IMG/VR virus record: IMGVR_UViG_3300014638_000001
Length of the DNA: 64,000 bases
Source: a virus
Strand: one strand, 5' to 3'
Below the pieces are notes generated by a model. It was not told the DNA's origin and did no database searches. It saw only the letters and a list, made by a program, of their open reading frames with translations. Positions 1 to 6,771 of this stretch are shown piece after piece (the stretch's first letter is position 1; each line of letters opens with the position of its first letter). Position numbers and translations under genes: made by a program.

Positions 1-22
1 TTACCGCCACTGGAGGTGCGCC

Positions 23-406
23 ATGGCACGGCAGTGGTCGCTTGAGGAAAGACGAAGAAGGGTTGCAGCGCTTCGCAAGGGGCCTGAAAGGAGCACGACG
101 ATGCTGGAACGTTTGAAAAGCCTGAACATCGAGGGGATGGATCTCGATGAGGCCGTGGCGCTACGCATGTTTGCGGGGCAGTTGCGGGATTTCTACGAAA
201 AGATGCAACTTGAACCGCCAGAATGGCTTGACACGCGCATCAAGGAGTTGTCGCGCGAGATCAAGTCGCGGACCGCGGATATGCTCGAGAAGCGGCTGCG
301 CGAAGCCAAGGCTCGCCGGGAAGCGTTGAAGCCGGCGACCGAGCGGCGTGAGGAAGTTGACGCCGAGATCAAGCGCCTGGAAGAGCAACTCGCAGGGCAA
401 CCGTAA
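23..406 (+). CDS. hypothetical charged/coiled-coil protein, 127 aa
   Basis: GGAGGT SD at 12-17, ATG at 23, followed by a terminator. Confidence 0.75.
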   Translation: MARQWSLEERRRRVAALRKGPERSTTMLERLKSLNIEGMDLDEAVALRMFAGQLRDFYEKMQLEPPEWLDTRIKELSREIKSRTADMLEKRLREAKARREALKPATERREEVDAEIKRLEEQLAGQP

Positions 407-430
407 GAATACCCGGTTGGGGGAGTGCAG

Positions 431-465
431 ACGGCCGGGTCGAAAGGCCCGGCCGTTTTGTTTTT
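431..465 (+). terminator. Rho-independent terminator
   Basis: ACGGCCGGG(TC)-GAAA-(GG)CCCGGCCGT hairpin followed by TTTGTTTTT. Confidence 0.85.
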
Positions 466-541
466 GTCGTAGAGCGCGACCGGTCGAGCGCCCTGCCTCT
501 CAAGCAGGTGATAGTCGGTCCAATTCCGACCTACGACGCCA
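466..541 (+). tRNA. tRNA-Glu(CTC), non-canonical (A8, T-loop TCCAATT)
   Basis: Acceptor GTCGTAG/CTACGAC, anticodon arm CCTGC-CTCTCAA-GCAGG, encoded CCA. Confidence 0.85.
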
Positions 542-542
542 T

Positions 543-618
543 GGCGCAGAGCACGAACGGATGAGTGCCTTCTCTTTCAAAGAAGTGATAGTGGGGTCAG
601 CACCCACCTGCGCTACCA
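543..618 (+). tRNA. tRNA-Glu(TTC), non-canonical (A8, T-loop GTCAGCA)
   Basis: GGCGCAG/CTGCGCT, CTTCT-CTTTCAA-AGAAG, T-stem GTGGG/CCCAC, CCA. Confidence 0.8.
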
Positions 619-620
619 AT

Positions 621-697
621 GCCCCGGTCGTCCAACGGCAGGACGCCTGACTTTGACTCAGGAGATCATTTGGGTTCAATTCCCTGCCGGGGTGCCA
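621..697 (+). tRNA. tRNA-Gln(TTG)
   Basis: GCCCCGG/CCGGGGT, CCTGA-CTTTGAC-TCAGG, GGTTCAATTCC, CCA. Confidence 0.85.
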
Positions 698-703
698 AAA
701 ACT

Positions 704-1210
704 TTTCCCGATACGCAAGCGTTTTCGGGTATACTGGGCGTGTCAGTGAGAGACCCTGTCAGGACCGAGGCGCAATCGGAGAAACTGTGCTGGCGGGCGG
801 AGAAAATTAGAGCCGCTTAACAACCCGGAGAAAGACGGGCTTGCATCGTAAATCCGCCGATCGTGAATGCGGATGAGTTTCCGGAACCTCATAAAGTGCC
901 GGTGGGGTGTCGGCTGTCGCCCGGTTCGCCGGCTGTCCGTTATCAGCCGGCACGAATTTCTGGAAGGAGGGTCACGACCATGAAGACAGCGTAGGAGGCT
1001 AACTTCATGATCGTGTATCACTTCAAGGGCGCGCGGCGCCGCTTGCTGGATCGGGAACGCTTGGAACGAGGCGAACCCAAACAGAATCGCGAGCGTAACC
1101 GTTCGCTCAACTGCCGTTTCCCGAAAGAAGGGAAGGCATATCGCCTGAAAGGGCGGGCTCGGTTCAAGACTGGGAAGAAGAACCGGGATCGTAAGAAGAG
1201 CAGTTTGTAG
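704..1210 (+). ncRNA. candidate large (~500 nt) structured ncRNA, family unassigned
   Basis: Long-range complementarity 705-721 with 1040-1057, 752-757 with 968-973, 1109-1114 with 1200-1205; many local hairpins with purine-rich/GNRA loops; lies between tRNA genes. Strand inferred from the array. Confidence 0.6.
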
Positions 1211-1211
1211 G

Positions 1212-1229
1212 CACTCCTATATAGGAGTG
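1212..1229. repeat. 18-bp palindrome CACTCCTATATAGGAGTG, copy 1 (perfect)
   Basis: Intergenic, between the ncRNA candidate and tRNA-Trp. Confidence 0.95.
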
Positions 1230-1234
1230 TTTGT

Positions 1235-1308
1235 GCCCCGGTTGCCGATGGTGAGGCGGAACGGCTCCAACCCGTTTCTTCGGCGTTCGAATCGTCGCTG
1301 GGGTGCCA
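1235..1308 (+). tRNA. tRNA-Trp(CCA)
   Basis: GCCCCGG/CTGGGGT, AACGG-CTCCAAC-CCGTT, GTTCGAATC, CCA. Confidence 0.88.
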
Positions 1309-1309
1309 T

Positions 1310-1387
1310 GCGTCGGTAGCTAAATTGGATTAAAGCTCTTGACTCTTAATCAAGTGATTGCGGGTTCGACTCCCGCCCGACGCACCA
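1310..1387 (+). tRNA. tRNA-Lys(CTT)
   Basis: GCGTCGG/CCGACGC, CTTGA-CTCTTAA-TCAAG, GGTTCGACTCC, CCA. Confidence 0.92.
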
Positions 1388-1394
1388 AAGTTTT

Positions 1395-1471
1395 CAGCGA
1401 GTAGGCAAGCCTGGAGAGCCGCCTGGCCTGGGACTAGGAAATCGTTGGTTCAAATCCAACCTCGCTGACCA
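1395..1471 (+). tRNA. tRNA-Pro(TGG) with C33
   Basis: CAGCGAG/CTCGCTG, CCTGG-CCTGGGA-CTAGG, GGTTCAAATCC, CCA. Confidence 0.88.
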
Positions 1472-1485
1472 GAATTGGAGGCAGC

Positions 1486-2043
1486 ATGACGCGAAGATGG
1501 TTCTTTGGGATGGCCGGTGGTGTTGGTGGCTGGTTCGGCATTAAGCCGGCTATGGCAAAACCTACGCCGCCGGCGATCAAGCAGAGCCCACGGGTTACTT
1601 ATTCTACATTAATCGGCGCTCCTGGATACGTTTTCGTAAGCCTGTATTTTGACGTCGAATGGAATGCAGAAATGAAGATGACAGTTGGGCGCCCCGGTTC
1701 CCATCCATTAACCACGAGTTGGATCACAGGTCCATATCCAGGGAACCCCAGTCGGCGTCGTTGGCTTGGATTCACGTCGATATCTGGGCTCGTAGCTCAC
1801 CCACCGTTACTGCTGACGCTGACGAGTGATCGGCCCTTTGTGGTCCACCAGGTGGTGCCGTCGTACCGGCTGCCAGCGGCTGACAGAATCTCGGAACTTC
1901 GCGAGGCGCGTCATGTTTTGGATGGTCTTACGGACAAGTCGCCGCGGCAACGCGCACTTGAGATTGAATCTGCATCGGCTCGCGAACAGATCCATGAAGC
2001 TCGCGTGCAGCGGTACAACGATGCCATGAAGGGTTTTGATTAA
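1486..2043 (+). CDS. hypothetical protein with twin-arginine (Tat)-like N-terminus, 185 aa
   Basis: GGAGG SD; N-terminus MTRRWFFGMAGGVGG...AMA. Confidence 0.65.
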   Translation: MTRRWFFGMAGGVGGWFGIKPAMAKPTPPAIKQSPRVTYSTLIGAPGYVFVSLYFDVEWNAEMKMTVGRPGSHPLTTSWITGPYPGNPSRRRWLGFTSISGLVAHPPLLLTLTSDRPFVVHQVVPSYRLPAADRISELREARHVLDGLTDKSPRQRALEIESASAREQIHEARVQRYNDAMKGFD

Positions 2044-2081
2044 GCCCGGCTCGTTTAGCGGCCAGGACCGGCGGTTTGTAA
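2044..2081 (+). pseudogene. 5' half of a tRNA (anticodon loop TTTGTAA, Thr-like), no 3' half
   Basis: GCCCGGC-TC-GTTTAGCGGCCAGGAC-C-GGCGG-TTTGTAA, then unrelated sequence ahead of the HNH gene. Confidence 0.5.
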
Positions 2082-2113
2082 CATAGATCAAGCCGTGTTA
2101 TAATTGACATGGT

Positions 2114-2578
2114 TTGGGGACTAAAACATGCAGTAAATGCAAGAGAGAATTGGAGAAGGAGGTATTCGCCCCGAGGGATGGTAATCCAAACAAGCTAGCG
2201 TCATGGTGCCGAGAATGCACTCGTTCTTGGGCGAATCTTCAATATTCAACAAATTCAAAACGTAGGCAGGCAATCGCTGATAATAGAAAGCTGTGTAAGT
2301 TACGGAATTACGCGCTCTTGTCCACGTTGAAGGATTTCCCGTGCATCGATTGCAAGAACCGTTTCCCGGCCTGCTGTATGGATTTTGACCACATCAGAGG
2401 CAAAAAGTTGCATAATGTGGCTTGGTTGGTCAATGTTTCAGAGCGTAGACTTCTTGAAGAGATCGCGAAGTGTGACCTAGTCTGTGCCAATTGTCATAGA
2501 ATCAGGACGGCCAGGCGAGGCGGATGGTTTAAAATGAATGCCGAGATAGCACAAGTTGGCGGTGCGCCGGTTCTGTAA
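2114..2578 (+). CDS. HNH endonuclease (free-standing, in tRNA array)
   Basis: CSKC..CREC zinc knuckle; CIDC..DFDH..CDLVCANCHRIRT HNH motif; TTG start. Confidence 0.85.
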   Translation: MGTKTCSKCKRELEKEVFAPRDGNPNKLASWCRECTRSWANLQYSTNSKRRQAIADNRKLCKLRNYALLSTLKDFPCIDCKNRFPACCMDFDHIRGKKLHNVAWLVNVSERRLLEEIAKCDLVCANCHRIRTARRGGWFKMNAEIAQVGGAPVL

Positions 2579-2616
2579 ACCGGAGGTTGCGAGATCGTGG
2601 CTCGCTCTCGGCTCCA
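2540..2616 (+). tRNA. tRNA-Thr(TGT), C33, aberrant T-loop ATCGTGG
   Basis: GCCGAGA/TCTCGGC, CCGGT-TCTGTAA-ACCGG, T-stem GCGAG/CTCGC, CCA. Confidence 0.75.
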
Positions 2617-2617
2617 T

Positions 2618-2691
2618 GCCTCGGTAGCTCAGTGGCAGAGCAGTGGTTTCGTAAACCACCGACGAGAGTTCAATTCTCTCCCTTGGCTCCA
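2618..2691 (+). tRNA. tRNA-Thr(CGT)
   Basis: AGCTCAGTGGCAGAGC D-arm, GTGGT-TTCGTAA-ACCAC, GAGTTCAATTCTC, CCA; two acceptor-stem mismatches. Confidence 0.82.
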
Positions 2692-2699
2692 GAGTTTAC

Positions 2700-2774
2700 G
2701 CGGTGGTGGCCGAGAGGCAAGGTACCTCACTGTCTATGAGGACAACGCGGGTTCGAATCCCGTCCATCGCGCCA
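2700..2774 (+). tRNA. tRNA-Asp(GTC)
   Basis: GCGGTGG/CCATCGC, CCTCA-CTGTCTA-TGAGG, GGTTCGAATCC, CCA. Confidence 0.9.
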
Positions 2775-2775
2775 A

Positions 2776-2849
2776 GCGGGTGTGGCTCATTGGTTGAGTT
2801 CCAGCCTTCCAAGCTGGCCAAGAGAGTTCGATTCTCTCCACTCGCTCCA
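2776..2849 (+). tRNA. tRNA-Gly(TCC)
   Basis: GCGGGTG/CACTCGC, CCAGC-CTTCCAA-GCTGG, U73, CCA. Confidence 0.92.
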
Positions 2850-2854
2850 AAGTT

Positions 2855-3115
2855 ATGAAGACGATCGAGGTGCTGATTCCTGGTAAGTGCTCGATGATCC
2901 GCGGCGCTCTCGCCACGTGTGCGATCGAGGGGAACCAGTTCGCGATCGATGCGATCGAGACCATCCGGCGTGTGGATATCGGCGAGCCGGTTGGGGCGCG
3001 GTACGCGAAGCAGTTGAATGAGTTTTTGAGCGGGCGTAATTCAGCGGCAGAATGTCTGACTGCCAGTCAGAACGTCGCGGGTTCGAGTCCCGCCGCCCGC
3101 ACCAAGCCCTTGTAG
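2855..3115 (+). CDS. possible small hypothetical protein whose 3' end overlaps tRNA-Gly(GCC)
   Basis: Fills the 180-nt gap between tRNAs with phage-like codons; weak SD. Confidence 0.35.
   Translation: MKTIEVLIPGKCSMIRGALATCAIEGNQFAIDAIETIRRVDIGEPVGARYAKQLNEFLSGRNSAAECLTASQNVAGSSPAARTKPL
3030..3104 (+). tRNA. tRNA-Gly(GCC), A73 discriminator
   Basis: GCGGGCG/CGCCCGC, TCTGA-CTGCCAG-TCAGA, GGTTCGAGTCC, ACCA. Confidence 0.92.
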
Positions 3116-3179
3116 CTCGACGGTCGAGCATTCGGCCTTTAACCGAATGGACTGGGTCCGATTCCCAGCGAGGGCACCA
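3106..3179 (+). tRNA. tRNA-Lys(TTT), C33, T-loop TCCGATT
   Basis: GCCCTTG/CGAGGGC, TTCGG-CCTTTAA-CCGAA, CCA. Confidence 0.85.
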
Positions 3180-3186
3180 AAGATTG

Positions 3187-3445
3187 GATGTAGTTGGTCA
3201 TAGGGCAAGGCTCCTTCAGGGCGGCTGGCCGCCAAGCAAGCGCTATGGCCGTAAAACCCCAAGGGAGACCGAAAGCCCGAAAGGGCATGGAGAATGCCGG
3301 TGAGGACGAAAGAAAACCATGCAGGGTTTGTCCAAGAGGCCGAGCTAGATCCCCCGGAACGGCATGGCGGGCCGGGAACGACACAGGACGGTGAAGCACG
3401 TCCGTCCGAAAGATGACCGCGGGGTTACGAGGTAGCTTCTACATG
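3187..3445 (+). ncRNA. candidate ~260-nt structured ncRNA, family unassigned
   Basis: Ends pair (ATGTAG 3188-3193 / CTACAT 3439-3444); helices GGTCATAG/CTATGGCC, GCCC-GAAA-GGGC, GGCAT/ATGCC, GGAC/GTCC, CCCGG/CCGGG, GGACG/CGTCC. Confidence 0.5.
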
Positions 3446-3447
3446 AT

Positions 3448-3524
3448 GCCGGGCAACCACGCTGGTCGCGTGGACTGGTCCTACAAACCAGCACAGTGGA
3501 GTTCGATTCTCCGGCCCGGTACCA
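3448..3524 (+). tRNA. tRNA-Val(TAC), A8 and C33
   Basis: GCCGGGC/GCCCGGT, CTGGT-CCTACAA-ACCAG, GGAGTTCGATTCTCC, CCA. Confidence 0.82.
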
Positions 3525-3525
3525 C

Positions 3526-3600
3526 CCTCGAGAGGCTCTCCGGACGAGCAGTCGGCCGATAACCGACAGGGAGATGGTTCGATTCCATCCTCGAGGACCA
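3526..3600 (+). tRNA. tRNA-Ile(GAT), A8 and C33
   Basis: CCTCGAG/CTCGAGG, GTCGG-CCGATAA-CCGAC, GATGGTTCGATTCCATC, CCA. Confidence 0.85.
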
Positions 3601-3646
3601 AGTTCTATGACTAAAAGACTGGCAACAGATCAAGATTATATGATCC

Positions 3647-3725
3647 GCTGGCGTAGCTCAAGACCGGCCAGAGCACATGGCTTATAACCGTGAGGTTCTT
3701 GGTTCAAATCCAAGCGCCAGCACCA
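3647..3725 (+). tRNA. tRNA-Ile(TAT)
   Basis: GCTGGCG/CGCCAGC, CATGG-CTTATAA-CCGTG, GGTTCAAATCC, CCA. Confidence 0.88.
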
Positions 3726-3759
3726 GGTTCCGATGTTAGAATACTGAGGAGGAATTTTC

Positions 3760-4140
3760 ATGACGCAGATAGAAGCCGACAATTACAACATCACGCTGCC
3801 CATCACGACAGCCGCGGAAGCGAATGCCTGTTTCATGCAACCCGCACAATTGCAAGACGTTGACGCGAGTGGCAAGACCACGATTTACTTACGGCCGTAC
3901 GAATGTGCGACCAAATCCGGCGCACAGATGCTCGCGACCGCTGTTGGTGGGTCAATCAACGGCCAATTGATCCCCAGCCTGAAGGTCTCGCCGACGATCT
4001 ACACGGTCATCTGGCCAGACAATAGCAGCTCGCTTGCCGGTTGGTATATCTACAACTGGCTGATTCTGCATGGCTGGAACTGGAGTGGCGGAATTGATGT
4101 TGGATCGCCGCTGGCCTGGACCGCGCCGGCAGCGAAGTAA
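3760..4140 (+). CDS. hypothetical protein, 126 aa
   Basis: GAGGAGG SD, ATG, fills gap between tRNAs. Confidence 0.7.
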   Translation: MTQIEADNYNITLPITTAAEANACFMQPAQLQDVDASGKTTIYLRPYECATKSGAQMLATAVGGSINGQLIPSLKVSPTIYTVIWPDNSSSLAGWYIYNWLILHGWNWSGGIDVGSPLAWTAPAAK

Positions 4141-4145
4141 GCTAT

Positions 4146-4219
4146 TCCGGGATAGCTCAGTGGCAGAGCTCAGTTTTGGTAAAGCTGCGACTCGGGTTCG
4201 ATTCCCGGTCCTGGATCCA
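4146..4219 (+). tRNA. tRNA-Thr(GGT)
   Basis: TCCGGGA/TCCTGGA, CAGTT-TTGGTAA-AGCTG, GGTTCGATTCC, CCA. Confidence 0.85.
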
Positions 4220-4225
4220 GATTAT

Positions 4226-4380
4226 GCCGCCGTAGCTCAGTGGTGGATGTGCGGCTTCGAAGCGTTGTCCGGACCGCGCTTCGGGGTGCATCACATCTCC
4301 CATGTGGGGTGACCTGCATGGCTTTGAGAGCACCGACTGTGGAAGCCGGAGCATGGATGGTTCGAATCCTCCCGGCGGCT
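4226..4380 (+). tRNA. His(GTG)-like tRNA with 82-nt structured insertion in the D-loop (4245-4326); irregular anticodon stem, no encoded CCA
   Basis: GCCGCCG/CGGCGGC acceptor; removing 4245-4326 restores GCTCAGTGGTAGAGC; CTGTGGA loop; GGTTCGAATCC. Confidence 0.6.
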
Positions 4381-4390
4381 TTACCCACAT

Positions 4391-4466
4391 TCCGGGGTAG
4401 CCGACGTGGTCAAGGCACTGGCCTGAAACGCCAGCAATAGTCGTTCGATTCGACTCCCCGGAACCA
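4391..4466 (+). tRNA. tRNA-Phe(GAA)
   Basis: TCCGGGG/CCCCGGA, CTGGC-CTGAAAC-GCCAG, GTTCGATTC, CCA. Confidence 0.88.
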
Positions 4467-4536
4467 GACATTAACTGTGGTGGAACCAAGGCACTACGGC
4501 TTGACAGATCGCCGGATTACTTGCAAAATAGAAGAT

Positions 4537-4824
4537 ATGCACCAAACACCACGCAGAGTTCGAATAGGGCTGCGTGACAGAATGCTCGTTAGAATGGCGG
4601 AATCCTGGCCATCCCCTCCGAAGACTTTCAGTAAATTCCAACGTGAACGGCTTCGCAAGTCATTCGAAGTGGTTGATTTGTACTTAGATAGAGGGATGAC
4701 GGTCAGTGAAATCGCCAAAAGGCGGCACTGCACGCATCAGATGATTTCACTGATTTTGAAGCTGGGGATAGATTACCTGTTGGAGACCGGCACGATTCGA
4801 GTTATCGAGGAATTAGCAGCTTAA
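4537..4824 (+). CDS. helix-turn-helix protein (sigma70 region 4-like)
   Basis: RGMTVSEIAKRRHCTHQMISLIL HTH; TTGACA-17-CAAAAT at 4501-4529 favours the ATG 4537 start. Confidence 0.65.
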   Translation: MHQTPRRVRIGLRDRMLVRMAESWPSPPKTFSKFQRERLRKSFEVVDLYLDRGMTVSEIAKRRHCTHQMISLILKLGIDYLLETGTIRVIEELAA

Positions 4825-5135
4825 CTGAGCGCGCTGGCTGCAGAGCCTATCACGTGGCTTGGCTGGCCAACAATGTGCTGTTCTTCCAGGTAACCAAGAG
4901 CCTTCTGCATGCCGAGAGCTAGACAGTGTGTGCCGTGGTAATCCTTCCCACTGTTGACGTGATCTCCTAACCGCTCCAGTGCCCGCTGCATCCCACGCGC
5001 CAGATGGACGGTCTTGTCCATCGCGCGCCCGTCGTTGATCTCGCCTAATGACTTGAAGAAATCTACCGTTGTTGGATTAACCCTTCCAAAAATTCGTACC
5101 CGCTTCGTGCCTTCCGGCAATTTGTTTCGTCCCAT
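4821..5135 (-). CDS. small putative DNA-binding protein (ribbon-helix-helix-like N-terminus), 104 aa
   Basis: MGRNKLPEGTKRVRIFGRVNPTTVDFFKSLG; TTGACA-17-CAAGAT upstream on the minus strand. Confidence 0.5.
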   Translation of the reverse strand: MGRNKLPEGTKRVRIFGRVNPTTVDFFKSLGEINDGRAMDKTVHLARGMQRALERLGDHVNSGKDYHGTHCLALGMQKALGYLEEQHIVGQPSHVIGSAASALS

Positions 5136-5190
5136 CGTATAAACATCTTGAACTCTACGCGATAATCTGTCAACATTAAAGCGATTCTTT

Positions 5191-5634
5191 ATGACTGAAG
5201 TCATCGTTACGGTGTTCGCGACGCTCGCGTTCGTGGCTGCGGTCGCCTGGGGTGTGCTGCTATTCCGGGCGTGGAAGAAACAAAACGAGAGCCGGGCAGC
5301 CCTCCAAGCGGCAATCGAGGCCCATACTGGCAGTTTGAAAGCGATCTCTGAGCATTCCGCCACGCTTGAAAAGATGGTTGACGGATTCATCGGGGTCAGT
5401 AAAACCCAAGTTGAATATCTGGAACGTGTTGAGAAGGCTGTCGACACCTTCCGCAAGGGAATCTTCCAATCAGTGCCGGCACCGGCCGGCGACAGTTTCC
5501 AGGAGTACGATGAAGAGGCGGCCAGCCGTGAGGGTGAAATCCAGGAGTACATGCGTAGCGGGATGCCGCGGAAGGAAGCCGAAGCGCGTGTTGGCCAGGC
5601 TGACATTTGGAAAAGGATGACAGTGCAACGATGA
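5191..5634 (+). CDS. membrane-anchored coiled-coil protein, 147 aa
   Basis: N-terminal hydrophobic helix; ATGA overlap with next gene. Confidence 0.75.
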   Translation: MTEVIVTVFATLAFVAAVAWGVLLFRAWKKQNESRAALQAAIEAHTGSLKAISEHSATLEKMVDGFIGVSKTQVEYLERVEKAVDTFRKGIFQSVPAPAGDSFQEYDEEAASREGEIQEYMRSGMPRKEAEARVGQADIWKRMTVQR

Positions 5635-6434
5635 CCAGGGCTAAACTGATTCAGATCGCTAGGTTCACTTTGCGTGCACACGCCGGCGATCCGCTGGAGC
5701 AGGTTGCGACCGCGCTTGCCGACGGCATTGAGCTCTTTCTGAAGATGGAAGCAGAAATTGGCGAAGAGACTCCAGAACGTTTGCCGGATCCAATTGGAGA
5801 CGTGTTTGACACCAAGGCCGCCGACTTTAAGACCAGCCGGCTACCGGCATCGCCTGCCATCCAGAAGGCGCCGCCGGAAGCTCCCCGCGAGCCACAGCGT
5901 CTCGTTGTCATGCCGGATTCTCCGGAAGCGCGAGAAGCATTGCTGGCGCCGCGGCCCGATCCCGGCGCACCACCGCCATTGCGCCCACCGGAGACTCCAG
6001 CGAAGCTGACCGTTTTGCCGTCTACCGAGCCACTCGCGCAGGCGCCAGGTGAGAAGATTTATTGGCGTGTCGAGAAGATTTCCGAGATTCTTCACGCTCA
6101 GACGCCGCCAAAGATCAAGATCGTCGTCGAACATCCCGAGCGTGGGGAGATCCCGATCATGCTCGAACGGAACGTGGTGATCGGTGCCGGCTTCGATAGC
6201 GTTAAACTCTCCTACAAACCTGTTTGGGCAACTGATGACATGAGCGTGCAAGCCACGTTCTCGACCACTCAGAAGGAACTGCCGATCGGTGAGGAGGTTG
6301 AGAAATTGCAGGCTAACGCCATCAAACTCTATTCCCCACGGCCGCGCACGCTTCGGTCGACCACGCCGCCAAATTACGATCAGAGCTCTTATGGTGCCCT
6401 GCTGCGCATCGGCATTGACGCCGGGACTGTCTAA
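5631..6434 (+). CDS. hypothetical protein with Pro-rich linker
   Basis: ATG at 5631 overlaps upstream TGA. Confidence 0.75.
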   Translation: MTRAKLIQIARFTLRAHAGDPLEQVATALADGIELFLKMEAEIGEETPERLPDPIGDVFDTKAADFKTSRLPASPAIQKAPPEAPREPQRLVVMPDSPEAREALLAPRPDPGAPPPLRPPETPAKLTVLPSTEPLAQAPGEKIYWRVEKISEILHAQTPPKIKIVVEHPERGEIPIMLERNVVIGAGFDSVKLSYKPVWATDDMSVQATFSTTQKELPIGEEVEKLQANAIKLYSPRPRTLRSTTPPNYDQSSYGALLRIGIDAGTV

Positions 6435-6646
6435 TGCCAGTAATCCGCGTAATTATATCGAACGGTGAAATTTACGATCTTGCTGTACCGTCAATACCTT
6501 ACGACTACAGAGTCCCAGTTTTCAAGGCACCCGACTGGAAGCAGATTTTCAGTGGAGAGACCCCAGAGAAGCCAACGGTCGAAACCGAAATCCTAAAGTA
6601 CGACTGCGAACTCAGCCTGAGCGCTGGAATCCCTACCTACCTCTAA
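6434..6646 (+). CDS. hypothetical protein, 70 aa
   Basis: TAATG translational coupling. Confidence 0.65.
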   Translation: MPVIRVIISNGEIYDLAVPSIPYDYRVPVFKAPDWKQIFSGETPEKPTVETEILKYDCELSLSAGIPTYL

Positions 6647-6650
6647 AAAC

Positions 6651-6668
6651 CACTCCTATATAGGAGTG
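6651..6668. repeat. 18-bp palindrome, copy 2 (perfect)
   Basis: CACTCCTATATAGGAGTG, intergenic, upstream of the packaging genes. Confidence 0.95.
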
Positions 6669-6771
6669 CCCGCCAGATTAAACCAAGTTGTCAACTTTTA
6701 TCTCCTAAACAATTGACTTGCTTAGAGATCCCCTTCGGCTGATAATCGTAGTCGGATAACCCTGGGATGAC

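Noticed and set aside
1007-1210. 67-aa K/R-rich ORF
   Set aside because: Lies within the paired ncRNA candidate; its composition follows from purine-rich loops. Not fully excluded, since an AGGAGG lies upstream.
704-1234. Group I intron, RNase P or tmRNA identity for the large RNA
   Set aside because: Only fragmentary resemblances (TTCAAGACTG/CAGTT, ACAGAATC). No ordered P/Q/R/S core, no GAGGAAAGTCC, no flanking exons and no tRNA-like ends.
4821-5681. 286-aa minus-strand ORF from the track
   Set aside because: The upstream two-thirds is antisense to the clear gene 5191..5634; only 4821..5135 is retained.
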